From: Octopus vulgaris
Taxonomy: Eukaryota
Length of the DNA: 64,000 nt
NCBI GenBank assembly: GCA_951406725.2
Contig: OX597823.1
Location: forward strand, 66,030,001-66,094,000
Direction: 5' to 3'
Positions within the stretch are counted from its first letter, which is position 1; each line of letters opens with the position of its first letter. The position numbers were made by a program, and so were the translations under genes. The notes under the pieces were generated by a model, which did no database searches, had not been told where the DNA came from, and worked only from the letters and a program-made list of their open reading frames with translations. Shown piece after piece: positions 52,726 to 64,000 of the stretch.

Positions 52726-53669
52726 TATATATATATATATATACAAAACATTAAATTTATTTACAATATTTTCCTCCGCAAATAAACTTATATATCTTTT
52801 GTTTTCTCTTTACTTATTCGTTTTAAAATCTATAAGAAATATGAAACACCAAACCACATGCCTGCTGTATTTTCAGTTGTTTCTTTGCTTTTTTTTAACT
52901 AAGGTTACTTCTGTTCCAGTTATTCATTTCAGTTTTTCTTGAGCAGTTTTTAAAATCCAATACGCATAAAGTCATCATACTCACGTACACACATAAACAC
53001 ACAAACTTACATATGAAAATACCTGTTTAGAAAAGACATCCTGAAGGACAGTATTTTCGACGAATTTCCATTCTCTAGTATTTTTTAAAATCTCTCTTTC
53101 TTTTTAACATCAACACTTGAATCGATTGATCAGTTTGCCAGAGTTATTTGCGTCTCACATTCTTACCGTTTTAAGTTAAACCAACAATCTAGATGAACTG
53201 GTACGGCAAAAAATTACCAGAACTTATGTTTTGGACATTGAGTTATATGTAGTGTAATTATTAGTACAAGTAACAGTATTTCACAAAATTCTTGAAGATA
53301 CTATAGTCTATCCGAGTAGTGAGATTAATGTTTGTTAAAATGTATACGGTGCCGGCGGATTGAATTGTATTCTTTTCTGTATTTTTTGGTGAAAATTTTC
53401 CAGGCATAATTTGAATGTTATGGAGACATATTGTACGATTTCTTTCAGAATAAGTGTGGACAAGGGACGAGCTACTGAGGAAAAGACTTCTTGTCGCAAT
53501 GTTGTTAAGAGATGTATGGTCAAGTGGGCATGGGGACTTGCAGCATAACCGCCTAGTCTTCTGTGCCTTGTCAACATGATGGGAAATATTTTCCACATTG
53601 CACAAATGACGAACTGATAAAGGCGGATTTGGGGAAAATAAAATTTTGAATTCATAAATACGATACCAA

Positions 53670-54300
53670 ATTATCAACGTGTGTCAAACCATTTGCTATA
53701 TTTGGTTGGCGATCTATCTCTGAAGTCCTTCAATTGTGTTAATATTTTGGTGTATATAGGGAGACCACAATCAACAGTAACTTTCAAAGATATAATTAAC
53801 GCAGAGAAGAGTTCAGCATTTCTGGACTAAATTGCGAGTTATATCAAATTGGTTGTTGATGAGTGATTCTAGCTTAGGTTGTCCACAGTTACATTTAATT
53901 CACAGGTGTTATTTGACCTTATGACATATCGCGAAGTAAGAGAATGTATCAAAGTGTATTCTCTTCTCCAAATTGGCTGATCTTAGGTCTTCCGTTGTTT
54001 ATCAACATTTTGTAGCTTATCTTACCTACTGAATAGCAAATCATTAATTGGATTGTAGTTCTGTTGATTCATATACTTCCATGATGTCTTTGTGGAGTTA
54101 GATTCATATGCAAAGCTTTTTATTTTACTATGGATGATTACATTTGAGATGCTATGATAAACGGAAATAAATCAAACAAAGAACCCTCCTCAGTACTACT
54201 AAGGACTTTTGCAGTGTCTTTCCACGGGTTCAAATGCTGGACAGTTTAATCGGTAGAAAGTTACGGTCAACTCTGACGAAAATCTAGTGATGTTAAGGTG
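53670..54300 (-). pseudogene. Old CR1-group RT remnant
   Basis: Degenerate VLSSTEEGSLFDLFPFII, VIIHSKIKSFAYES and YC*LWSPYIHQNINTIEGLQR parallel the motifs of the 36437 ORF. Confidence 0.6.
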
Positions 54301-55567
54301 AATGACGTGTGTCGGTACCCTCTCCAAAAGCTAGAATACAAACCAAATTGAGCAGAAGCTGTGCTAGACAGATATGTTGGTTTGGATCTTGGTGATTTCT
54401 ACCTATGACTTTTGTTCTATTTTATTTCACTACATTTTCAAATATTTTAATGATATGAGAAGTTAGTGAGAGTGAAATTACGAAAATTTTTCGAAATTTA
54501 CTCAATTTCTAGAAAAGTTATTTCATAGTCGTTTCTCGGCTCAGTAACAGAGTTCGTATTATATTACAGGAGAGTGTGAACTGCAGTATGTTTACCTCAT
54601 GTTTTTCACTTGTGAAGAAAGGTGTGTTTGTATTAGTCCGCTCTTGCTCTTACTCAGGTGTAAACTAGCTTTGCCTTTTATTTCTTTTTTATATTACGTT
54701 TTTTTTTTACTCGACTCATGCAAATTTTTGTTCCCTTTTGTTAAAGCGGAGAGGTTTAGTCACCTGTAAGATTTCGATTCACAGATTATAATTGTGTTCC
54801 TGCGTAGCTGTGATAAATGCATGATTAACGTTTGGATTCATGTTCGTATAATTGAGGTTTCGATTCCTAGAGCAAAACACAGCAGTCTAAGTTACTCCAG
54901 TTCATTCTGCTGGCAGAAATAAGTAATCTTGCTAAGGAATCAAAAAGAAGCTTTTTCTTTATCTTTGCAATCTATCTGTGGCCATCCACCCCTGTAATGA
55001 AAACGTTAGGATGAGATAGAATAGTAATTAGGCAACTACATTTAGTAGATCAAGAAACCACAACGAAGACACACTCCAAATGATTGGTGCTAATATTAGG
55101 TATTATTTTAGAATCATATATATTAAATTTCATCTAGAAGTCTACAAAGATAAATTGTTTTCATTTTCTATGAAACAATCAATAACAACTATCGCCCATT
55201 GATGGATCGCACGGGACTCGAAAGGTCAAGCAAGTGACTACACCACGCACTTTTCTACAATGAATAATAATGCATTATAAATCAATTATTAGAGTTGACA
55301 TTTCCAAGAAATGCTTTTAAAAAGTGGTTTTAATATAATTATACAATTCTACGAAACATTTATTCACTGAAGTTATTTCGTGACGAAAAACGAAACTTTT
55401 TTTTTTATATTTTAGCCAGAGGAGGTTGATCGTCTATATTTTGCGTGTTTGTTTGTATAGATATGCGCATGTCAGTAAGTACACACACACTCATACTAAC
55501 ATATATATGTGTGTGTATATATGTATATGTACATATATGTATGTTTATACATACATAAATACATACA

Positions 55568-55614
<47 letters not shown>

Positions 55615-55849
55615 TCACGCACAGTCAAATCATGTGGAAGCCATTATATATGTATACGCATTTGTGTGCACGCTCGTGTATCTTTGTAGTTGGATATTTG
55701 TGTCTTGTATAATTACTCTCCGTGTGATATAAGATTTAATATACTTTTTCACTTATCAACAATATTTTCTTTGTAATATTCTGTTCGTTTCCTATCTATT
55801 CATTTACTGTCATGGCAGTCATTTGTATAATAAATTTCTATTCAGATTG

Positions 55850-55915
<66 letters not shown>

Positions 55916-56165
55916 TAATATATATATATAGAGAGAGAGAGATAGATAGATAGATAGATAGATAGATAGGTAGATAGATAGATAGATAGATATATTCATA
56001 TATATATATATATGTGTGTGTGTGTGTATGTGTTTCTATATACATATATTTATCTATGTTTATATGTATCTTTATACATACATATTTATACTATATATAT
56101 ACACTTACATATATATAAATATATAAGTGCGTGCGTGTGTGTGTGTGTGTATATATATATATTAT

Positions 56166-56330
56166 GAGTGGCTTAGTGGTTCGGCGTTGCACTCACGAGT
56201 GCTAGATTGTGGGCTCGATTTCCAGAGCGTGTGGCGCCTTGTGTTCTTGAGCAAAACACTTCATTGCCCGTTACGCCAATTCACTCACTTGTAAATGGAT
56301 AAACCCTGCGACGCGAAGCGCATCCGATAA
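56166..56330 (+). mobile_element. CORE-type SINE, diverged
   Basis: TGGCTTAGTGGTT..GCTCGATTTCC..TGTGTTCTTGAGCAAAACACTTCATT..CACTCACTTGTAAATGG. Confidence 0.75.
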
Positions 56331-56887
56331 TCTGGTCTAGCACGTGTGTGTGTGTCTGTCTGTCTGAGCGTGTGTCTATAATTATGTGTGTACTCGCGCA
56401 TTTCTATTTGCATATGTGGGGCTAGTTGTAGCCTTACTGTAGCCTGAGTATGAGTTATCTTATTAACAATATATTTTTATGTTATAACTTACGAACCTCT
56501 TTAATTCTTGGATGAGTTCTGAGAGTTCTGATATTTAGTAGATCCAACGTTACCTTGAAATTCGTCGACGTCACTATATTTCATTAACGTTCTAGACTTT
56601 AATTTCCTCACATTTGACAGAGCAGCAACGATATATTGCTAGGTTTCATTTACGTTGACACTGAAGGCAACGAAAGCAATAAAGTGAGTTTATAGTATAA
56701 GATAATTTGCTGTTTCAGAAGGCAATACCACTTTAAACCGTTGAGTACTTCGATTACGTGTACAGTTAGTTACCTTACACTCTTCTTTAATTGCACTGTA
56801 ATAAAAACGCTTGTTAACAAAGGGGAATATTTTTCTCGGTATTGAAATAATATGCACTATCGTAAAAATACGGTTCTTTAAATCTCA

Positions 56888-57822
56888 TCTCTCTATATAT
56901 AAAAGGCAGTTTGTCTGTCTGTGTGTGTCTCTGTCTGTCCGCGTGTCTGTCAGGTTGTACCCTCACCCTGACCACGGCTTTCAACCGATTCTGATGAAAT
57001 TTGAAACACACATAGCCCAATGTCATAAGTCAAAATTAACGCAGCGAAGAGTTTGAAAAGTTTCCCCAGTTCTGAAAAAAATCGATAAATTCGACATGGG
57101 GTCGAGAATCTAAGCTTATCATATTCAACACATTTTCCGTTGTAGTTTTCGCAACTTGCAATCGATTTTCACCAAACTCATGGTGAAGCTTAATGTTACC
57201 CTAAGGAACTTAATTCTGGCGTTAGTTTTCCATCCAATACCTTACCATCAGAAGAAATCGATAAAATCATGTCATTTTGGGAAATCGCGTTCAAATTCAA
57301 GATGACATATTTTCGACAATATCTTTAATAAATTGGCAGGGATTTTTTTTTAAATTCACAGCGAGCATCATGTCTGCTCCAAGGAGCCATATGGCCCTTT
57401 TGATTCCAATAGGATACGTTATTACTGGAAAAAATCGGTTAGTTTCATCATATGTGGCACACATAGCAAACTGATCTTTCTGCGATATTTTTTGAAAGTT
57501 CACATAGATTTTTCCCTACACCGATGTTGGGCATTCAAGTTTGCATCAAATGTCAAACTAACGACCTTTTGTCAATGCAGTTAACAAGTATTGGGAGAAA
57601 TCGACAAAACCATATCACTTTGAGACCGACCATGCGAACCCTACAAAACTGACTTTTGTTAAATATTTGGCGGATTTCAGGCACACAGGCGGACTTCAGC
57701 CTTTTAGGCTTCATTTTACAAAATAACGGTTCAATGAGTACAAAAAAGGGTAAAAAGGTAAAGGGCATTGCTTATCGACAAAGTTTCTTACATACCCGGG
57801 CAACGCCGGGCTATGCTGCTAG
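56888..57822 (+). mobile_element. Non-autonomous Helitron
   Basis: A|TCTCTCTATATATAAAAGGCAG start followed by a (GTCT)n-like tract. 3' hairpin CCCGGGCAACGCCGGG (57795-57810), then CTAG|T. Confidence 0.88.
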
Positions 57823-59565
57823 TAAGGAATATATAGGCAACATAATCTTTGTTATTGCAATTTAACTATTAATACACAACTAATATTATAACAAGAGTTA
57901 TTATAGCTTGATCGACAGCGCTCAATTCGAATGGCAAAATAATAGTTTCATGCGCTGCTATTGACACTGCATTACATTTGAACCACGAATGTTCTCTATG
58001 GGAGAATCATTCCATTTGTGTAAATAATTATGATATATACGCATAGATTATTGGAGTTGGTGGATGTTTTCTACTTTAATTTAAAATACTATTTTATAGT
58101 TATAATCACCATCGGATTAAGGATGTCAATAAAGTTAACTTCTGTCAAAATAAAATTTTTTAAATGTCAAATGTAATGTGGAATAAAAACCTGGTGATCA
58201 CTATATGATGATAACCGATTTAACATCTATTGTTAAAGATCTTACAAGAGCCTACAGAATCAAGAAGAACACGAAAAAGACTGAAATCTTCAAGCCCGAT
58301 GAACAGATGCGCTAGTTAACATCCTTCCTAGCATTAATAATGTTCCCATCTATTCAGATCTAATAAAATATAAAGCAATAGTTCTTTTTTATATTATACT
58401 TATTATTTCTCATCGGTTTCGAGCAAAAATTTGCGAGATCATTGGGTACGATTTTGCATCTAAAACGTATGTGTGGGATAGTTTGCAAGGGATAGTTTAT
58501 CAGTTAACATGACTGCATTTGAACAATTTAACGAGGAAGTCTATGCAGAGTAGTTGCAGCTGCTAAGAAGAGCAATCAAGTTGCTCTTTAGTATCTCAAA
58601 TTATAAAATAAAATTGGATGATATAATTCTCGATAGTCTTAGAAAGCCGATAGGAGCACGGCTAAAGGACTATTCATCATAAATATTTCACGATCAGGAT
58701 TGAACTAGGGTGATGGAACAGCAGTCATAAGAAGTTGTGCTTTGCAGTGAAATAGTTTTTGAGGAGGAGAGTTCAACACATTTTATGTTAACTGTACTCA
58801 TATTCTATCATTCTGTAAAAGTTTAACAAATGCTAGCTGTTTAAGTTTAATTGTAATTAAATGTCATCCTTTTTAACGGGTGCCCTGTCTCTCGGCCGCA
58901 TAACTCCGTTCTAATTTAACTGAATCACTGAGATAATGTAGTGTGGAGGCAAATTTGTGCATCTCGTCTTAATCTGATCAAAATCTTAAAGCCTCGTCTT
59001 GGTTTCAAAATGTCTGAAACTTTAATTTACTTTCATCTTTAAAGGAGTAGGCGTTGCCGGTAAACTATACCAGTTAAGCAATGTTTGCTATAAAAAGATA
59101 TTTCCGAGTCATAAAAGTCTCTATGAAGTGCATTAATCAATATTTATTACCAAGCTGGAATTGCTATGCTGTCATCTTGTGCGATGACAAATTAAAACTG
59201 AATCTTTACATGTTTTAAATGAAAAATAAATTAGAAGGATTCATTGTTTGAAATTTGAAGCGTTTCACGATTAACATCTTGTTATCAAATAAACAGATAT
59301 AAAATAAATCAGACAGAGGTCTGATAGCCAAATTTTATATTTCAAATTTTTTAAAAACTATATGCCATAGAAAGTCCATTAATTTTATTTTAGAAAAGCT
59401 TCACAGAATTAAGTAATGGAAGGTCAAGAACTGTGTGAAGCAATATAATTTCGTTTCTCATAGAGTGTGATGAGTAAAATTAAAGCAAAAATGTATATTT
59501 CTACCCGGAGCACACAAGCACACAAGTACGTCCGCATACAAATACACACACATATCTGCGTGTAA

Positions 59566-59639
<74 letters not shown>

Positions 59640-59883
59640 ATATATGCATTCATATATTCATACTCGCATACATACAAGCATACACTAACTTTATTCGTAT
59701 TAATTGTCCACTAGAAAAAAATTGGATCGTTATTACGTAATATCAAAGAAGAATGAAGTTTCCGATGAGATTTAGTTGAAAAAACGAACAAAAGATGGTT
59801 ACTTTCATAGTCAGGATTCATGATCGATTTTTCTTAATTAACATTAGCTATAACTGATACAATATTTTACATTCATTCACGAA

Positions 59884-59991
59884 TACAAAAACATTTATAT
59901 ATATATATATATACACTCAAAATCTTATATATAAATATATACGCAAAAAACGTATATATGTATATATATATATATACAACAACGTATATAC

Positions 59992-60029
<38 letters not shown>

Positions 60030-60131
60030 AACGTATATATATATATATATATATACAAAAACGTATATATATATACAAAAACGTATATATATATATATAT
60101 ATATATATATACAAAAACGTATATATATATA
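59884..60131. repeat. Higher-order microsatellite: CAAAAACG-like spacer plus variable (TA)n, about 7-8 units
   Basis: Direct read. Confidence 0.85.
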
Positions 60132-60189
60132 AGCTTCCCTTCCAGTCACACCGCGTAGTACCTTGGGCAAGTGTCTTCTACTATTGAAA

Positions 60190-61400
60190 CCGACAGTTTT
60201 ATACCGTTCCTGTAACTCACTGTGATTGTGTGTTCGCCGAAGCTGCTGCCAATTGGGTAGGTGTTGTTGTTGTAGTTGCTATTGTTGTTAGTCATGTTGC
60301 TGATATTGTTGCGACCGTCTGTGAAGTTGCCATATATGTGTTTCTTTGTGTATATGGTTTCGGTTCTTATGTTGTTTGTATCCGAGCCCTTTATACAGTC
60401 TTTTTATATATCTCTAACTTTTTTATATTCATTATAGGTATGTACATATATGTATATTGTATGTGTATTACGCTGTTTGTTTTCCTCCTTCAGTCAATAG
60501 TCGTCAAGTCGTGTGGTGTGGTGGTGGGTGTTATTGTTCCATTAGGGTTTTCCATTGAGATCGGTCTGTCTATTTCTATGTGTGTAGCCTCTGCGATCTG
60601 TCTAAGTGTCGTATCAGTTCTATACTTTGATGCTACTTTAACCTCTATGAGCCTCTATGTTTTGATTGAGCATACTGGTCGAGGACTGACGAGCCTTTCT
60701 CTTCTTTCAGCTCTCGCCAGTAGTCACATATACGCTTTCGTATGTTGCTTGTTGTCTCTCCAATATAAGTTGTTGTCATGCTTCTGCACCCTCCCTCAGT
60801 ATATCTTAAGTTATACACTATATCCTAATCTTACATTTAACCTGTGAGTTCATCCTACGTACAATACAATGTTCTCGGTACATGGGACCTATCAAAGGGA
60901 TAAATTCTACAGATCAGGGATTTTATAGACCTCTTTATACTTTAATCTGTAGGTTGGCGTTATCTAATGTTTTTCTAAAAAGGTATGCTAGTTCGCCCCC
61001 AGAGTAGTATCAACGAAAATGAAACTCTGGTATTTTTTGTTCTCATACCATGAGTTGTCCTTATCTATTTTTCCTGGTCCTTTCTATGATGTTCCATGAT
61101 CTACTCCTGTATAACGGGCAGATAACCTTTGCATCACTCTCTATGATGGCTTTCTACTTAGCCCCGGCTTCTTTGTACGCTCTATTCCTGTCCCTTCGGT
61201 TGTAGCCAGAGAACTGCATGCGGTGAATGAAGTGTTGTACGTGTCTTTCCAATTCCACAGAGTTGCACATTCGAGACAAATTCCTCATCCCTCTCACCAA
61301 GTATGCTATAAGAATATTGAACTTGGCGTTGTCTTTCGTGGTTTCGGATTTTTCCCTATTTCTAGCGTGTTAGAAAATCGCTAAGTGGATTTTCCCTTCC
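60190..61400 (-). mobile_element. Second Penelope-like element remnant (RT thumb, GIY-YIG, 3' region)
   Basis: Minus-strand peptides HFIHRMQFSGYNRRDR, CPLYRSRSWN, FIFVDTTLG, VKCKIR / IVYNL / TTYIGETTSNIRKR and LRQIAEATHI are typical of PLE thumb and GIY-YIG domains. Frameshifted. Confidence 0.85.
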
Positions 61401-61417
61401 TGTATAATTTTTATAGT

Positions 61418-61660
61418 GGAGGCGCGTGGCTTAGTGGTTAGGGTGTCAGCATCATGATCGTAAGATTGTCGTTTCAATTCCTGGACTGGGCGACGCGGTC
61501 TGTTCTTGAGCAAAACACTTCATTTCACGCTGCTCCAGTCCACTCACCTGGCAAAAATGAGTAACGCTGCGATGGACTGGCGTCCCGTCTAGCTGGGGAA
61601 CACCATTGAAACCGCGAAACCGGGCCCATGAGCCTGGGTAGGATTTAAAAGTGCGCAATT
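61418..61660 (+). mobile_element. CORE-type SINE (family B2, different tail)
   Basis: GGCGCGTGGCTTAGTGGTTAGGGTG head and TGTTCTTGAGCAAAACACTTCATTTCACG.TGCTCCAGTCCACTCA core shared with the 52392 copy. The 3' part is unrelated. Confidence 0.85.
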
Positions 61661-62021
61661 GTTTATTATAATTTTTATACACATTATAGTATAATAATAT
61701 TTGGAATCTACGGACAATTTTACTCATGCTGGCCACTGGTAAGAATTAATATTTAATGTTCATATAATTCAGTAGGGTACGTAAATACCACTTGCTATAA
61801 CCAGAGCCATCGCTCCAAAACCGCCAATAACTCACAATTAAAATACACACGGGTAATGCAACGAGTATAGCAGAAACAGGTTAACCTTGCGTGGAATACA
61901 GAAGAAATGTGTATATTTCAATATCAATTAATTTCGCCGTCTGTATGAAAAAACACATTATTATCATTATTATCATAAATAACAGTAATAATAATACTTT
62001 GATTTATATATATATATATAT

Positions 62022-62313
62022 AAATAATTGTTGAAGAGGACACCAAACATTAAGGCAAGGCAAACATCTCAAGTCGCATACGATATTATTATTGGAAAAA
62101 ATTTCAGTCTTACAGCTGTTTCTGGGTTATCCGGGCTATGGGATATTCCGTCATCATATACAAACAGGGAAAAAGAAGGAAAACGAGTATGTTTGTTGTG
62201 CTCTTTAACAATTATATATCCGCTGCATCGGAAGTATGCAATGGTTTCATAACTACCGTCTCGGCTTTAACCTGGGAGCCCTAGTAATTCGTTACCTAGC
62301 GTACCTAATCGTT
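62022..62313. mobile_element. Hammerhead-bearing element with head-to-head inversion, flanked by (TA)n
   Basis: ATAATTGTTGAAGAGGACACCAAACAT (~62024-62050) is the near reverse complement of ATGTTTGTTGTGCTCTTTAACAATTAT (62189-62215). The hammerhead motif lies between them. Confidence 0.6.
62107..62161 (-). ncRNA. Degenerate hammerhead motif with palindromic helix III
   Basis: Minus strand: GUAU-AUGAUGA-CGGAAUAUCC..GGAUAACCCA-GAA-ACAGCUGU-A-AGAC. Perfect ACAGCUGU palindrome, C3 mutated, one helix I mismatch. Confidence 0.6.
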
Positions 62314-62324
62314 ATATATATATA

Positions 62325-62418
<94 letters not shown>

Positions 62419-62494
62419 TAAGATGTGACCGCGTGTGTACCGTTGGCGATTTTTTTCCTCTGTCTTTCCTTCTCTGGATCTTTCCTTCTCCTAT

Positions 62495-62529
62495 GTTTCC
62501 GACGAAGAGCTCCGCTCGAAACGTTAAAC
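62495..62529 (+). ncRNA. Minimal hammerhead motif (35 nt) in a ~210-bp element (~62421-62630) between (TA)n tracts
   Basis: GUUU-CCGACGA-A-GAGC UCC GCUC-GAA-ACGU-U-AAAC. Perfect helices I and II, ACGU palindrome, U4C variant. Predicted cleavage after 62525. Confidence 0.72.
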
Positions 62530-62626
62530 CCTCCTTCTTCCCTTCCTTCCTGAGCGTCCAATAATACTATATTTGTTCCACATCCTCACGTTGTTGTGTT
62601 TTCTCTTTGTGTTCTCATGTTTGGAA

Positions 62627-62712
<86 letters not shown>

Positions 62713-63549
62713 TTCTGAATACATCACATTCCCGCCACCGCACGCGCACACATGTAGGTATCCCATTTTGACTGAAGAGTGTTCATCCAACCTGCGTTAA
62801 AGTATAATTGTGTTGCTGATATTCATTTTATTCTCGTCGTAGCTCTTCTCTCGCTTTCATGTTGCGTTCATGACTGGCGTCATCACTCATGTACATTCGC
62901 ATTATGCTGGTTGTAACTTAAGTAAAAATGTATTGTGTATTCTTGTATAAGGAATTACGCCTAACATTTTAGGTTAAATCTTACATAATCACCCTTACGT
63001 TTGCATGGTTTTATCGCCAGGTCTCCTTATATTGGCAATAATTCTTTCAGCTCATTAGATTGCGTGTTGTAATAATTTGTGAAACGCATTTTAACTGCGT
63101 CTATCGATTTCAGTAGAGGCGTAAACTCGTTACCTCTGTCTTGTATGTCTGTGTAAATATGCTGATATGGGAATGTCCATGTTGCTGGTGTTTGTGTGGA
63201 AGAATGTTAAACGTGTAGTTGTGTGAGAATCTCCATGCGTATGTCTTAAAAAATAGCAATGTTTCGCAGAGTTCAAATATTTCAGAAATTGTATGATGAA
63301 TGATACACATACCATGAATAGAATGCTTTTGGTGCAACGGTTCTTGCAGCTATCTCTAAGCAACGTTCATTTCGGACTGGAATCAATACGAAGAAAGTAG
63401 CAAGTTATTCATGAGAACGGAGAAATATGATTACCGAGCAAAGTGAAGGCTCTAACAGAATGATGTTAATTGTAGACAAAAGTATGTGAAAATGATATGA
63501 ATTAAAAGTAGATTAATCAAAAGACTGTAAATGATCAGGTACTTTTTTT

Positions 63550-63789
63550 CGGGGACATAAATACACCAGCATTGGTTGTCAATCGATGGAGGGGGGGGGG
63601 CAAACACAGACAGAAAGACACACATCGATCTATATACATATATCTATATACACGACGGACTCCTTCCAGTGTCTGTCTCCCAAATCCAACCACAAGGCTT
63701 TGGGACGTCCGAAGCTATAGTAGAAGATACTCGGCCAAGGAGTCACGCAGTAGGGCTGAACCTGGATCCATGCGGTTCGAAGGGAAGCA
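63550..63789 (-). mobile_element. SINE family A, partial, diverged
   Basis: Reverse complement contains GGTTCAGCCCTACTGCGTGAC..CTTCTACTATAGC..CAAAGCCTTGTG..GGATTTGGGAGAC. Confidence 0.85.
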
Positions 63790-64000
63790 TATATGTGTGT
63801 GTGTCTGTGTATATATGCGTATATATATATATATATATATAAGGACACATTAAAGTGTCTGCGCGCTAGATATAAGAGTCAAAACCCTCATTTGGAATAG
63901 CAAAACGTTTACACCGAAAACAGGCTCAACAGTAATGTGTCTTAATGATTAATATAATTTTCATTCTTTTGCTATACAATGCTATTTTTTAGGCCTACAA

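Noticed and set aside
56991-57010. CTGATGAAATTTGAAAC hammerhead-like core
   Set aside because: No helix II or helix I can form, and it is part of a repeated internal Helitron motif.
60230-60847. 205-aa hydrophobic plus-strand ORF
   Set aside because: It is the antisense shadow of the A-rich Penelope-like remnant on the minus strand.

Overview
AT-rich, repeat-dominated animal genomic DNA. The repeat families suggest a cephalopod (octopus-like) source, which is inference only. I find no supportable host protein-coding gene, and most ORF-track calls (YIYI, IIII, CVCV, SSSS) are microsatellite artefacts. The window contains dead or truncated retroelements: CR1-group LINE RT fragments, R4/Dong REL-endonuclease elements in (TAA)n tracts, and two Penelope-like (PLE) RT/GIY-YIG remnants. 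It also holds about 15 tRNA-derived SINEs, two mariner remnants, a probable piggyBac remnant, a pogo/Tigger-type MITE and two non-autonomous Helitrons. The main unexplained signal is a set of short non-coding elements next to (TA)n or (TAA)n tracts that carry minimal hammerhead-ribozyme motifs (six motifs, mostly degenerate, in several unrelated families). The element at 17.2-18.0 kb has a ~521-bp circularly permuted monomer plus a head-to-head inverted copy that starts at the predicted cleavage region. This is the architecture expected of PLE-mobilised retrozymes. All motifs and alignments were read by eye, and boundaries of degenerate elements are approximate.
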